Source of the DNA: Pontixanthobacter sp.
Lineage (GTDB): Bacteria > Pseudomonadota > Alphaproteobacteria > Sphingomonadales > Sphingomonadaceae
Assembly (NCBI RefSeq): GCF_049682855.1
Contig: NZ_JBAUIK010000013.1
Coordinates: forward strand, 128,932-192,931
Direction of reading: 5' to 3'
DNA: 64,000 nt
Program-made: the position numbers and the translations under genes
The notes under the pieces: generated by a model
Database searches by the model: none
Told to the model about the DNA's origin: nothing
The model's input: only the letters and a program-made list of their open reading frames with translations
Shown: positions 9,528 to 23,128 of the stretch, in pieces
Layout of the letters: every line of letters starts with the position of its first letter
Numbering within the stretch: the first letter of the stretch is position 1

Positions 9528-10760
9528 ATGACACGGATACTCCATATACTCGACCATTCCCTGCCCCTGCAAAGCGGATATACGTTCCGCACGCGGGCTA
9601 TCTTGAAAAGCCAGCAAGCGGCAGGATTGGACGTATGCGCGATCACCGGCTTACGCCACGCTGCTGACGGGCCTGCGGTAGAACAGGTCGATGGTCTGAC
9701 TTTCCACCGGACGGCCGGGTCCGCTGAAGGCCCGGCCGGGATGCGCGAATTGCGTGAGATTTCCGCCTTGACGCACGCCATTGAAAGCCTTGCCGCAGAT
9801 TGGAAACCGGACATTCTGCATGCCCATTCGCCCGCTCTGTGCGGACAGGCCGGCCTGCGGGCATCACGCAAACTGAACATTCCGCTGGTCTATGAGATAC
9901 GGGCGTTTTGGGAAGATGCCGCCGTTGGCAATGGTACCGGCACTGCGGGCTCGCTTAAATACCGGATGACCCGCGCTTTGGAAAACCACGTTATCACCGG
10001 CGCTGATGCGGTCTTTACTATCTGTCACGGACTGCGTGATGATCTGATCGGACGGGGCTGTAATGGCGGCAAGATTGGCATTTCTCCGAACGGTGTGGAT
10101 TTGTCGCTATTTGGTGACCCGCCTCCGCGCGATGACGGCCTGGCCGCGCAGCTCGGACTAACCGCGCAGGCCCCGATCATTGGATTTATTGGCAGCTTTT
10201 ATGATTATGAGGGCCTCGATGATCTTATCCGCGCCATGCCGTTGTTGCAGCAGACATGCCCGGACGCACAGTTAGTGCTGGTTGGCGGCGGCCCGCGCGA
10301 GGCGGCTCTGCGCGAACAGGCCAAAGCTTCATCATCTGCACGATCAATTCACTTTTCAGGACGGGTCCCGCATAGCGAAGTGGAACGTTATTACTCGCTC
10401 ATCGACATTCTGGCCTATCCGCGCAAGGCCAGCCGCCTGACTGATCTCGTCACCCCGCTCAAACCGCTGGAAGCAATGGCGCAGCGCCGAATTGTTGCTG
10501 CATCGGATGTCGGCGGTCACCGCGAACTTATTACAGATGGGCAAACCGGGGCATTGTTTCCCGCCGATGATCCAGCAGGCTGTGCCGCCGCTCTGGCCGA
10601 TTTATACGCTGGCAGAGCTGATTGGGACGCGATGCGCGAGCGCGCCAGAAACCATATCGCACAGCGGCATAATTGGGCGCATAACATTCACCGTTATCAA
10701 AGCGTTTACCATCGCCTGCTATCGCCTGCTGTAAATGAGAGCGTTGAAGCTGCTGCCTAA
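9528..10760 (+). CDS. GT4-type glycosyltransferase (resembles PEP-CTERM/exosortase-A-associated glycosyltransferase family)
   Basis: 410-aa ORF. The N-terminus MTRILHILDHSLPLQSGYTFRTRAIL matches the HILDHS.P..SGY start I recall for TIGR04063. The C-terminal GT-B motif is VTPLKPLEAMAQRRIVAASDVGGHRELI. It is divergent from the ligase-like gene. Confidence 0.7.
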   Translation: MTRILHILDHSLPLQSGYTFRTRAILKSQQAAGLDVCAITGLRHAADGPAVEQVDGLTFHRTAGSAEGPAGMRELREISALTHAIESLAADWKPDILHAHSPALCGQAGLRASRKLNIPLVYEIRAFWEDAAVGNGTGTAGSLKYRMTRALENHVITGADAVFTICHGLRDDLIGRGCNGGKIGISPNGVDLSLFGDPPPRDDGLAAQLGLTAQAPIIGFIGSFYDYEGLDDLIRAMPLLQQTCPDAQLVLVGGGPREAALREQAKASSSARSIHFSGRVPHSEVERYYSLIDILAYPRKASRLTDLVTPLKPLEAMAQRRIVAASDVGGHRELITDGQTGALFPADDPAGCAAALADLYAGRADWDAMRERARNHIAQRHNWAHNIHRYQSVYHRLLSPAVNESVEAAA

Positions 10761-10799
10761 CCGGATGGCACGGATGCTCGACAGATTAAAGGCGATGGT

Positions 10800-12605
10800 G
10801 TGTTTGGTATAACGCTGAAAAATACGGCTAAATCGGCCCCGATCAGCTCGCATCGTACGTTCCCTGCGGTGGTCGCGCTATGGTTTGCCGCGCTGCTTGG
10901 GCTGGGAAGTCTGATCGTCCCGGTTATCCTGTTTGAAACTATGGCGACAGCGAGCGGGGTGTCGTCTGTTATACCAGCTGCGGCCCCGCCGCTGGGCACC
11001 ACTGCGCGGCTCGTGATTGCCGCTGTAGCCGCGTTGCTAGGCGCGGTTGCGGGGGTAGCAATTGCGCGTAAGGTCGCTGCGGCGCAGCGCCCGGTAACTG
11101 CAGATCGCAGCACGAAATTCGTCAATACCGATCCGGTCGACAACGAGAAGCCGTCGCACCTTCTGCACAAACGCCCGATTTCAGCGCGAGAGGAGCTGGG
11201 CTCAGATTGTCTTGACGCGCCGCTTGCCAATATGGACGCCAATATGGGTGAGGCCAAACCTAGTTTTTCGAGCGTCCGGCGCCGGTCCCTGGCAGTAACC
11301 GATGAAAGCGCGCCGAGCGAATTTTTAGAAACCGTACCCTTGCCCGGCGGCGACATCGTATTTGACACCCTTAGCGAAAACGGGGCTGAGGATGCGCCCT
11401 CTGACGATCTCTTGGGGGAGGACCTTCGCAGTTTTCCCGAAGAACACGCGCCGCTTGCGCTTGGCGATCTCGATCTGACAGAGGCGCTTGAGGACATTGA
11501 TGATCCCGAAGCGGCCTACCTCGATCCCGGCGAAACTGCCCCAGCCATCGCGGCAGCAGACGGCCGTAATGGTGTCGACGCGCCCGGCACCAGTTCACCG
11601 GTTACTTTTGAAGACCGTGCGTTTGACGCGCCCACCACTCACGCCTCGGCCGGGGAACCGGCACCAGTATCACCGCGAGAGGAGCTCGCCGCTATGACCA
11701 ATCAGTTCGTAAATCCCGCCACCCATACGCCTGCCGATGATGCGCGCCCACTGGTGCAGCCAGCGCAACCGGCACAGGCGGTAGACGCAAAAACAGACGC
11801 AGGTACCAATATGCCAGTGTCCGACCGTGCGCTCGGCGATTTGGGGATGGTTGAATTGATCGAACGGTTCGCTTTGGCGTTGCAAACGCAAAAAGCCCGG
11901 CACGCAGCCGAAACCGCGATGGCTGAAGAACCCGTTGCGGCCGCTCCTTACAACCCTTTCAGTGCCAACGTTCCCGACGCAGCTGATATTCAGCCGCCGG
12001 TCTTCCGGCGCTCCAATCCCGCACCAGAAGCCGCAGAACCCTTGACTTTGGACATAGCTGCCGCAGACGCTGTAGCGCCCGCCCAGAATGGCGCAGCCAG
12101 CGGTAGTGTACCCTCGGGCATGAAACCATTCGGCTTCGATGATTTTGACGAAGACGATGATGACGAGACGTTCAGCGATGTCAGCGATCTGGGCCTGTCA
12201 CTCAACGTGCCGCCGCCGCCCTTCAGCAAAGCAGGTGCGCCTGAGACACGCGATGCAGAGCCAAACCCGCCCGAGGCAGAGCGTGACGAGGCTGCCGATG
12301 ATTTCAGCTCGCTGCTTGCGATGAAGAGCTCGATCGTAGCAAAACAGGAATTCGTCCGAGTTGATGCTGATCTGGACGAACCCACACCGGCGGATCCCGG
12401 CGTGGTATTTCCGGGCCAATCGGCGATTGCCCAGAACAAAAAGCCGTGCATCGCATTTCCTGAGCCAGAGCCTGCCCCTGCGCCGCGCGCATTCGATGCA
12501 CCGGCTGGAATGCAGGCCCAGTCGCGCCAGTCCAGCAATGGCGAAACCGAGCGGGCCCTGAAAGAGGCACTCGAAAAATTGCAGCGCATGAGCGGCGCAG
12601 CGTAA
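10800..12605 (+). CDS. Hypothetical membrane-anchored protein with a long acidic/Pro-Ala-rich low-complexity tail
   Basis: 601-aa ORF with a GTG start, 40 nt after the glycosyltransferase stop. It has two N-terminal hydrophobic helices (VVALWFAALLGLGSLIVPVILF and LVIAAVAALLGAVAGVAIA). About 480 aa rich in D/E/P/A follow, ending in a short helical C-terminus (ERALKEALEKLQRMSGAA). The antisense ORF is Ser/Arg-rich, as expected for a shadow of acidic codons. Confidence 0.6.
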   Translation: MFGITLKNTAKSAPISSHRTFPAVVALWFAALLGLGSLIVPVILFETMATASGVSSVIPAAAPPLGTTARLVIAAVAALLGAVAGVAIARKVAAAQRPVTADRSTKFVNTDPVDNEKPSHLLHKRPISAREELGSDCLDAPLANMDANMGEAKPSFSSVRRRSLAVTDESAPSEFLETVPLPGGDIVFDTLSENGAEDAPSDDLLGEDLRSFPEEHAPLALGDLDLTEALEDIDDPEAAYLDPGETAPAIAAADGRNGVDAPGTSSPVTFEDRAFDAPTTHASAGEPAPVSPREELAAMTNQFVNPATHTPADDARPLVQPAQPAQAVDAKTDAGTNMPVSDRALGDLGMVELIERFALALQTQKARHAAETAMAEEPVAAAPYNPFSANVPDAADIQPPVFRRSNPAPEAAEPLTLDIAAADAVAPAQNGAASGSVPSGMKPFGFDDFDEDDDDETFSDVSDLGLSLNVPPPPFSKAGAPETRDAEPNPPEAERDEAADDFSSLLAMKSSIVAKQEFVRVDADLDEPTPADPGVVFPGQSAIAQNKKPCIAFPEPEPAPAPRAFDAPAGMQAQSRQSSNGETERALKEALEKLQRMSGAA

Positions 12606-12897
12606 ATTCGCCCATCTGCAAGCAGATGCCCATCGCTTAGCTGCAAGTCTCGCAACATCCGTTGCAGCACAGTGCACTGCCGCTCCAGCTCCGGGTGCAG
12701 ATGCGATTCCTCTTGGGCTGCGCATACGATATCTTGCCCCTTCGCAGTTGCAAAAAGCTTTTCATGTCGCCATGACTATGGTTCGCGAAACTTTCCAACG
12801 CTGACCGGGTGTGTTCCTTCAGCAGGAAAGCCGTGATATTTTGCCGGTTCGGGGGCGAGACCTCACTGCTGGCACCTGACATGATGGGATTGAGTGA

Positions 12898-17538
<4,641 letters not shown>

Positions 17539-17543
17539 ATAAC

Positions 17544-18980
17544 ATGGGTAAAGACACCGGATTTCTCGAAATTGACCGCCGCGAACGGGATTATATCGAC
17601 CCCAGCGAGCGACTGAAAAACTACAAAGAATTTGTCGTCGAGCCGGATGAAAGCGAGCTGAAGAACCAGGCTGCGCGGTGCATGGATTGCGGCATTCCCT
17701 ATTGCCATAATGGCTGCCCGGTAAACAATATCATCCCTGACTGGAATGATCTGGTCTATAAGGGCGATTGGCAGAATGCGCTGGAAGTGCTGCATTCGAC
17801 CAATAATTTTCCTGAATTTACCGGCCGCGTATGCCCTGCCCCGTGCGAGGCCAGCTGTACGCTCAATCTGATCGACCAGCCGGTCACGATCAAAAGTATC
17901 GAATGCGCAATTGTTGATCGCGGTTGGAAAGAAGGCTGGGTCAAACCTCAACCTGCCGCGAGGGAAACCGGCAAATCTGTCGCTGTGATCGGCTCTGGCG
18001 CTGCAGGGATGGCCTGCGCACAGCAGCTCGCCCGCGCAGGTCATGCTGTCACTGTGTTTGAGAAAAGCGACCGGATCGGCGGTTTGCTACGCTACGGAAT
18101 TCCCGATTTCAAAATGGAAAAACATTTGATCAATCGCCGTGCGGTGCAGATGGAAGCCGAAGGCGTAACATTCAAAACTTCAGCAGAAGTGGGCGTAGAG
18201 ATTTCCTTCAACGCCTTGCGCGAAAATTTTGATGCAGTGGTCCTATCGGGCGGCGCCGAAGAAGCGCGCATATTGGATGTGCCGGGTGCAGAGCTTCCAG
18301 GTGTTCGGCTCGCGATGGAATTCCTGATGCAGCAGAACAAGCGCAATGCCGGCGACGAGGAAGTCCGCGCCGCACCGCGCGGTACGCTGTCCGCCACGGG
18401 CAAGGATGTGATCGTTATTGGCGGCGGTGATACCGGTTCCGACTGCGTAGGCACTTCCAACCGGCAGGGCGCCAAATCGGTAACCCAATTGGAAATCATG
18501 CCGCAGCCTCCTGAAAAGGAAGACAAAGCTTTGACCTGGCCAAACTGGCCCATGAAAATGCGCACATCCTCCAGCCATGAAGAAGGCGCGGCGCGCGATT
18601 GGTCGGTGCTGGCCAAGCGAGTTATCGAAAAAGACGGCGATGTGGCTGGTCTGCAATGCGTGAAAGTCGAATGGCAAGACCGGCAAATGGTCGAAATTGA
18701 GGGCAGTGAGTTCACTTTACCCGCCGATCTTATCCTGCTGGCTATGGGATTTACTGGCCCCAAGAAACGTGGACTGCTTGACCGTGCCGGGGTGGAACTG
18801 GATGCGCGCGGCAATGTGAATGCCAACACATCCGATTACGCAACCAGCGAGGCAGGCGTGTTTGCCTGCGGAGACATGCGTCGCGGGCAGTCGCTGATCG
18901 TCTGGGCGATCAGGGAGGGCCGCCAGTGCGCGCGCGCCGTCGATCAGGCCTTGATGGGTGTGAGCGATTTGCCCGATTAA
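17544..18980 (+). CDS. gltD: Glutamate synthase small subunit (NADPH-dependent)
   Basis: 478-aa ORF with Fe-S Cys clusters [10 protein letters not shown] and CPAPCEASC. The dinucleotide fold [22 protein letters not shown] is present. Confidence 0.95.
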   Translation: MGKDTGFLEIDRRERDYIDPSERLKNYKEFVVEPDESELKNQAARCMDCGIPYCHNGCPVNNIIPDWNDLVYKGDWQNALEVLHSTNNFPEFTGRVCPAPCEASCTLNLIDQPVTIKSIECAIVDRGWKEGWVKPQPAARETGKSVAVIGSGAAGMACAQQLARAGHAVTVFEKSDRIGGLLRYGIPDFKMEKHLINRRAVQMEAEGVTFKTSAEVGVEISFNALRENFDAVVLSGGAEEARILDVPGAELPGVRLAMEFLMQQNKRNAGDEEVRAAPRGTLSATGKDVIVIGGGDTGSDCVGTSNRQGAKSVTQLEIMPQPPEKEDKALTWPNWPMKMRTSSSHEEGAARDWSVLAKRVIEKDGDVAGLQCVKVEWQDRQMVEIEGSEFTLPADLILLAMGFTGPKKRGLLDRAGVELDARGNVNANTSDYATSEAGVFACGDMRRGQSLIVWAIREGRQCARAVDQALMGVSDLPD

Positions 18981-19054
18981 CTGCTTAGAGCCCTGATTAA
19001 TTGCTTAGAGCCCCAAATAATTGCTTAGAGCCCCAAATAATTGCTTAAAGCATA
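18975..19054. repeat. Tandem repeat, 20-bp unit x4 (gattaaCtgcttagagccct / gattaattgcttagagcccc / aaataattgcttagagcccc / aaataattgcttaaagcata)
   Basis: Read directly from the sequence. Copy 1 starts with the last sense codon and the TAA stop of gltD. Copies 2 and 3 are identical over their last 17 nt, and copy 4 is decayed. Confidence 0.9.
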
Positions 19055-19370
19055 GCCTGCATACACATGGACAATCGCTGCATTGATGGCGATCAAATGG
19101 GCACATGGTACGGTTAAGAGCCAGCAAGCCGCTTGGCGTGCCGCGATAGTGCTAAACAATCGGCATCGAAAACCAGTGCAGGACGCAACCGGTAATGCCA
19201 ATGCGGTAGAGGCCGCAGTGCCTTCGAGCCGCATTACGGGTTGCTCTTACCCGAAATCCCGATCGTTTATCGTGCCGCTGATCTCGCGGCTGGAAAATTG
19301 GCCGCGCGCAGCGGGCCGAAAACGCAATTGCTAAGCACCGAGATTTAGCCGACGAGGCCTCGACCCCGGA

Positions 19371-20081
19371 CTATCCAGCAGACGACAGCCGCCAATCAAT
19401 GGCGCCCCTGCCATGTCTTTCAAGAAATATATTGGCTGCACTGAACGGGCGTGAGCCGAAAAAGCCGCGATAGGCCGATAACGGGCTGGGATGCGGCCCT
19501 TTGAGTATCAGATGCTGCGTGTGCATGGCCAAACCGGAGATTATATCCGCTTTCTTCTGCGCGTGACTGCCCCATAGAATGAACACCGTGGGCGCCTCTC
19601 GCGCCGCCACTGCCGCGATGATCGCATCGGTAATGTGTTCCCAGCCCTTGCCCGCGTGGCTTGCGGCCTTATGCGCTTCAACGGTCAGCGCGGTGTTGAG
19701 CAGCAACACGCCTTCTCTGGCCCAGGCCTCCAGATTGCCATGACGCGGAATCGGCATATTCAGATCGCTAGCCAACTCCTTGTAAATATTGGCCAGTGAA
19801 GGCGGTATTTTTACCCCTTCGGGTACAGAGAAGCTCAAGCCATGCGCCTGACCGGGCCCATGATATGGATCCTGCCCCAGAATCACGGCTTTTACCGATC
19901 CGAGCGGTGTCAGTTCCAAAGCGCGCAATCGCTGTCCACGCGGGGGATATACCGACGTGCCCGCCGCTTCCTGGGCCGACAAAAATCCGCCCAGCTTGCG
20001 CGCTGCGCTGCTTTTCAGAACCGGCGTCAACGCTGACCGCCAACTTTCGGGGACTGCGTCTGCTTGGGCATCGTTCTTCAT
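19371..20081 (-). CDS. ung: Uracil-DNA glycosylase (family 1)
   Basis: The motifs VILGQDPYHGPGQAHGLSFSV and GPHPSPLSA are present. The track ORF extends to 20231, but the UNG-like alignment starts at MKNDAQADAVPESW (ATG at 20081), which also avoids overlap with the divergent rnd gene. Confidence 0.9.
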   Translation of the reverse strand: MKNDAQADAVPESWRSALTPVLKSSAARKLGGFLSAQEAAGTSVYPPRGQRLRALELTPLGSVKAVILGQDPYHGPGQAHGLSFSVPEGVKIPPSLANIYKELASDLNMPIPRHGNLEAWAREGVLLLNTALTVEAHKAASHAGKGWEHITDAIIAAVAAREAPTVFILWGSHAQKKADIISGLAMHTQHLILKGPHPSPLSAYRGFFGSRPFSAANIFLERHGRGAIDWRLSSAG

Positions 20082-20160
20082 GGCGAGATGGTACCGCGCA
20101 ATCTGGCCATCGACCAGCCACCCCTTTCCCTCCATCCCCAACCCGCCTAAGGGATAGGAC

Positions 20161-20778
20161 ATGTCAGTATTTTTCCATGAAGAAGATCTACCCGAAGGCG
20201 TATTGGCGCCGGGCCCGGTAGCGGTTGACACAGAAACAATGGGCTTGATTACCGCCCGCGACAGGCTGTGCGTGGTGCAGATCAGCGATGGTCAGGGCGA
20301 TGAACATCTGGTGCGCTTCAAAGTCGGCAGCGCCTATGATGCGCCGAACCTGAAGGCCGTGCTGGCTGATCCGGCGCGGACAAAGCTGTACCATTTTGCA
20401 CGGTTCGATCTTGCGGCAATAGAATATTATCTTGGCGTTGAAGCCAGTCCGGTATTCTGCACCAAGATCGCCAGCAAGCTGACGCGCACATACACCGATC
20501 GGCATGGCCTGAAAAATCTTGTCGTCGAACTGCTTGGCGGGGAAATTTCCAAAGCGCAGCAGAGTTCAGATTGGGGTGCGCCTGAAATCAATGATGCGCA
20601 GCGCGATTATGCGGCATCGGACGTCCGTTATCTACACCGTCTGCATGATGTGATGCAGGTGCGGCTTGAGCGCGAAGGGCGAACGGATATGGCGCAGGCG
20701 TGTTTCGATTTCCTGCCCACTCGCGCGCGGCTTGATATCGCTGGCTGGGCCGAACTTGATATTTTCAGCCACGCTTAA
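20161..20778 (+). CDS. rnd: Short ribonuclease D / DEDD 3'-5' exonuclease
   Basis: 205-aa ORF with the ExoI motif VAVDTETMGL and the ExoIII-like motif YAASDVRYLHRL. It occupies the alphaproteobacterial position upstream of lptC-lptA. Confidence 0.75.
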   Translation: MSVFFHEEDLPEGVLAPGPVAVDTETMGLITARDRLCVVQISDGQGDEHLVRFKVGSAYDAPNLKAVLADPARTKLYHFARFDLAAIEYYLGVEASPVFCTKIASKLTRTYTDRHGLKNLVVELLGGEISKAQQSSDWGAPEINDAQRDYAASDVRYLHRLHDVMQVRLEREGRTDMAQACFDFLPTRARLDIAGWAELDIFSHA

Positions 20779-20802
20779 GCACCCAGGATAGAGACACCCA
20801 CT

Positions 20803-21471
20803 ATGGGCCAGGCAAGACGGATCGAAACCGACCAGGCAAAGCAGCGGCGCAACGCGCGGCAGCAATTTGCTGTGCCGGGTGGTTCGCACGACCGGCTGGT
20901 CAAAATTCTCGGTGCGGTCTTGCCGATGGGCGTCGGCGTTCTGGCGGCCTTAATGATTATCACGCCGCTTTCACCGCGCGGCGAGGTCAGCTTTCTGCTC
21001 GATCGTAATAAAGTGGCGGTTATCGATGAACGGCTGCGCGTTGATAATGCGCTTTATCGCGGGCAGGATGATCTTGGGCGTCCATTTTCGCTCACTGCAG
21101 GTGAAGCGGTCCAGCGATCAAGCGCCGAAGGTTTGGTGAGAATGCAGGATCTGGTTGCACGGATATTACTGCCGGAAGGGCCGGGCAGGATCGCCACCGA
21201 TAGCGGCGTGTATGATATCAATTCCGAAGTGATCACGGTATTGTCCACCGTCAAATTAACCGCAGCCGATGGATATTTTCTGACTGCCCGCGGCGTATCG
21301 GTTGATCTTAATTCCAAACGCATTGTCGGCAGCGGCGGTGTAGAAGGATCATCCAACGCAGGATCCTTTTCCGCCAATGTGATGACTGCTGATCTTTCCG
21401 CGCGGAATATTATCCTCGAAGGCGATACCAAGCTACGTATGATCCCCGGCCGGTTGGGAGTGCCGCAATGA
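20803..21471 (+). CDS. lptC: LptC-family LPS export protein (membrane-anchored)
   Basis: 222-aa ORF with a single N-terminal TM helix (ILGAVLPMGVGVLAALMIITPL) followed by a beta-rich periplasmic domain. It has a 4-nt ATGA overlap with lptA. Confidence 0.6.
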   Translation: MGQARRIETDQAKQRRNARQQFAVPGGSHDRLVKILGAVLPMGVGVLAALMIITPLSPRGEVSFLLDRNKVAVIDERLRVDNALYRGQDDLGRPFSLTAGEAVQRSSAEGLVRMQDLVARILLPEGPGRIATDSGVYDINSEVITVLSTVKLTAADGYFLTARGVSVDLNSKRIVGSGGVEGSSNAGSFSANVMTADLSARNIILEGDTKLRMIPGRLGVPQ

Positions 21472-22031
21472 AAACCAGAATTGTAAAAGCCGTCCAGCAT
21501 GCCGGTTTGGGCTTTGTCATAACGCTTGCTGCGATGGGCGGCATGCAGCTGCAAGCCCAGGCCATCGCCGCGCATAATTCGCAGGCACCGGTGAATTTCG
21601 CCGCCGATCGCAGCGAGTTGCAGGACCGCGAAAAACGCGCCGTCTTGTCGGGCAATGTCGACATTACGCAGGCCGGATTACGGCTGCGTGCAGCGCGCAC
21701 AATCATCAACTATACCGATGTCGGCACATTCCAGATTCAGCGCATTACGGCGACCGGCGGTGTCCAGGTAACGCGCGGCAACGAAGCGGCCAGCGGTGAC
21801 ACGGCGATTTATGACTTTAACCGGCGGATCATCACGCTCGCGGGCAATGTCCGCTTACGGCGCGGCGGCGACACGCTGAATGGTGGGCGCCTGGTCATTG
21901 ACTTGCAAAGCGGTGTCTCCAGCGTTGATGGCAGCGCGTCAGGATCATCCTCTGTCACAGGCGATGACAGCATAGGCACATCATCATCTGGCGGGCGTGT
22001 GACGGGCACCTTTACCGTTCCCAAAAATTGA
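21468..22031 (+). CDS. lptA: LptA/OstA-like periplasmic LPS transport protein
   Basis: 187-aa ORF with a signal peptide. OstA-N-like repeats are present (VNFAADRSELQDREKRAVLSGNVDITQAGLRLRA... TGGVQVTRGNEAASGDTAIYDF... TLAGNVRLRRG). Confidence 0.7.
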   Translation: MKTRIVKAVQHAGLGFVITLAAMGGMQLQAQAIAAHNSQAPVNFAADRSELQDREKRAVLSGNVDITQAGLRLRAARTIINYTDVGTFQIQRITATGGVQVTRGNEAASGDTAIYDFNRRIITLAGNVRLRRGGDTLNGGRLVIDLQSGVSSVDGSASGSSSVTGDDSIGTSSSGGRVTGTFTVPKN

Positions 22032-22078
22032 TAATCCCTAATTTTGGTTAAGGCAAAATATTGCATTAGCCAGATTGG

Positions 22079-23128
22079 TTAGTTTCGTCTCGCGGCGGCG
22101 GCTCGTGCTATTTCCGTCAGGCCCTGTGACAAAAGCAGTTCGGCAGATTGACTGTTGCTCAGCAATGCGCGGTGCATGGCCGTCAGTTTGCCCAGCAAAC
22201 GCTCCAGCTTTCGCCCGCGCCAGCGCCGGATTTGTACAGACAGGTCGCGTTCGTCTTTCCAGAATATCCGCCGGGCGCGCTTTTCCGACTGGATCGTTCC
22301 GCCAATATCGCCATGCGGACCGATTTTTGCTGACAATTGCGCCAATTGCGCCGCGCGGCGTTCCATCGCCAGCAACAGTCCGACCGGATTGATCGACAAT
22401 TCATGCATCCGCCGCAGTTCGCCCGGTAATTTGCCCGTCTCGCCCGACAGAACAGCATTTACCAGCGGCATGAAACCGTCATCCTCGGTCTTGGCTCCGA
22501 TCGCCTCCAACGCGTCAATATCCACCGCTTTAGGCGCTTCGGGCGAGGCATCAAGATACAGCGCCAGCTTCTCAACCTCGGATTGGGCGAGCCGCACATC
22601 CAGCCCCGCCGCGCGTGCGATCCGCTCGGCGATATCGCCATTGAGTTGAAGTCCGGCGGCATCGGCCATCGTCCGCACAGAAGCGGTGACCGATGGCAAA
22701 TCTGGCGGCCAGAACATCGCAACCATTGCATCGCTGCGCTTTTCCATCAGCTTGGCCGTGCGCGATTTATCGGTCGCGGATGTGGCGATGATTATTACGG
22801 GGAAAGCCTCCGGCTCACCCGAATCCGCACCTTCGATCAGATTTTTGACCGCATCATGGGCTTCATCGCCAGTCGCCCGCACCAGAATGTGCCGCATATC
22901 GCCGAACAGAGAGGAGGATCGCGCTTCATCGCTCAGCCGCACAGGATCTCTGCGCAGGTCCGGTCCAGCCAATTCCACAGCCTCTCCCGCATCGGGAAGC
23001 CCGGCAATGATAGACCGCGCTGCCGCAGAGGCTCCCGCTTCGTCGGGCCCGCACAGGAAAAATACGCGGCAGGATTTTGCGCCATGAGGGACGCGGCCAG
23101 CGCCGAAATCCTTTTGCGTCGCTTTCAC
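22079..23128 (-). CDS. holA: DNA polymerase III subunit delta
   Basis: 349-aa ORF in the conserved leuS-lptE-holA order, with a 4-nt overlap with lptE. The N-domain pattern RVFFLCGPDEAG is delta-subunit-like. Confidence 0.75.
   Translation of the reverse strand: MKATQKDFGAGRVPHGAKSCRVFFLCGPDEAGASAAARSIIAGLPDAGEAVELAGPDLRRDPVRLSDEARSSSLFGDMRHILVRATGDEAHDAVKNLIEGADSGEPEAFPVIIIATSATDKSRTAKLMEKRSDAMVAMFWPPDLPSVTASVRTMADAAGLQLNGDIAERIARAAGLDVRLAQSEVEKLALYLDASPEAPKAVDIDALEAIGAKTEDDGFMPLVNAVLSGETGKLPGELRRMHELSINPVGLLLAMERRAAQLAQLSAKIGPHGDIGGTIQSEKRARRIFWKDERDLSVQIRRWRGRKLERLLGKLTAMHRALLSNSQSAELLLSQGLTEIARAAAARRN

Noticed and set aside
10757-11497. 246-aa minus-strand ORF opposite the 601-aa acidic protein
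   Set aside because: It is a Ser/Arg/Ala-rich mirror of GAx/GCx codons. The plus-strand frame has genuine TM helices and continues for 1.8 kb.
12870-12884. TGGCAC upstream of gltB as a sigma-54 -24 element
   Set aside because: The required -12 TTGC element five nt downstream is absent (ATGA instead).
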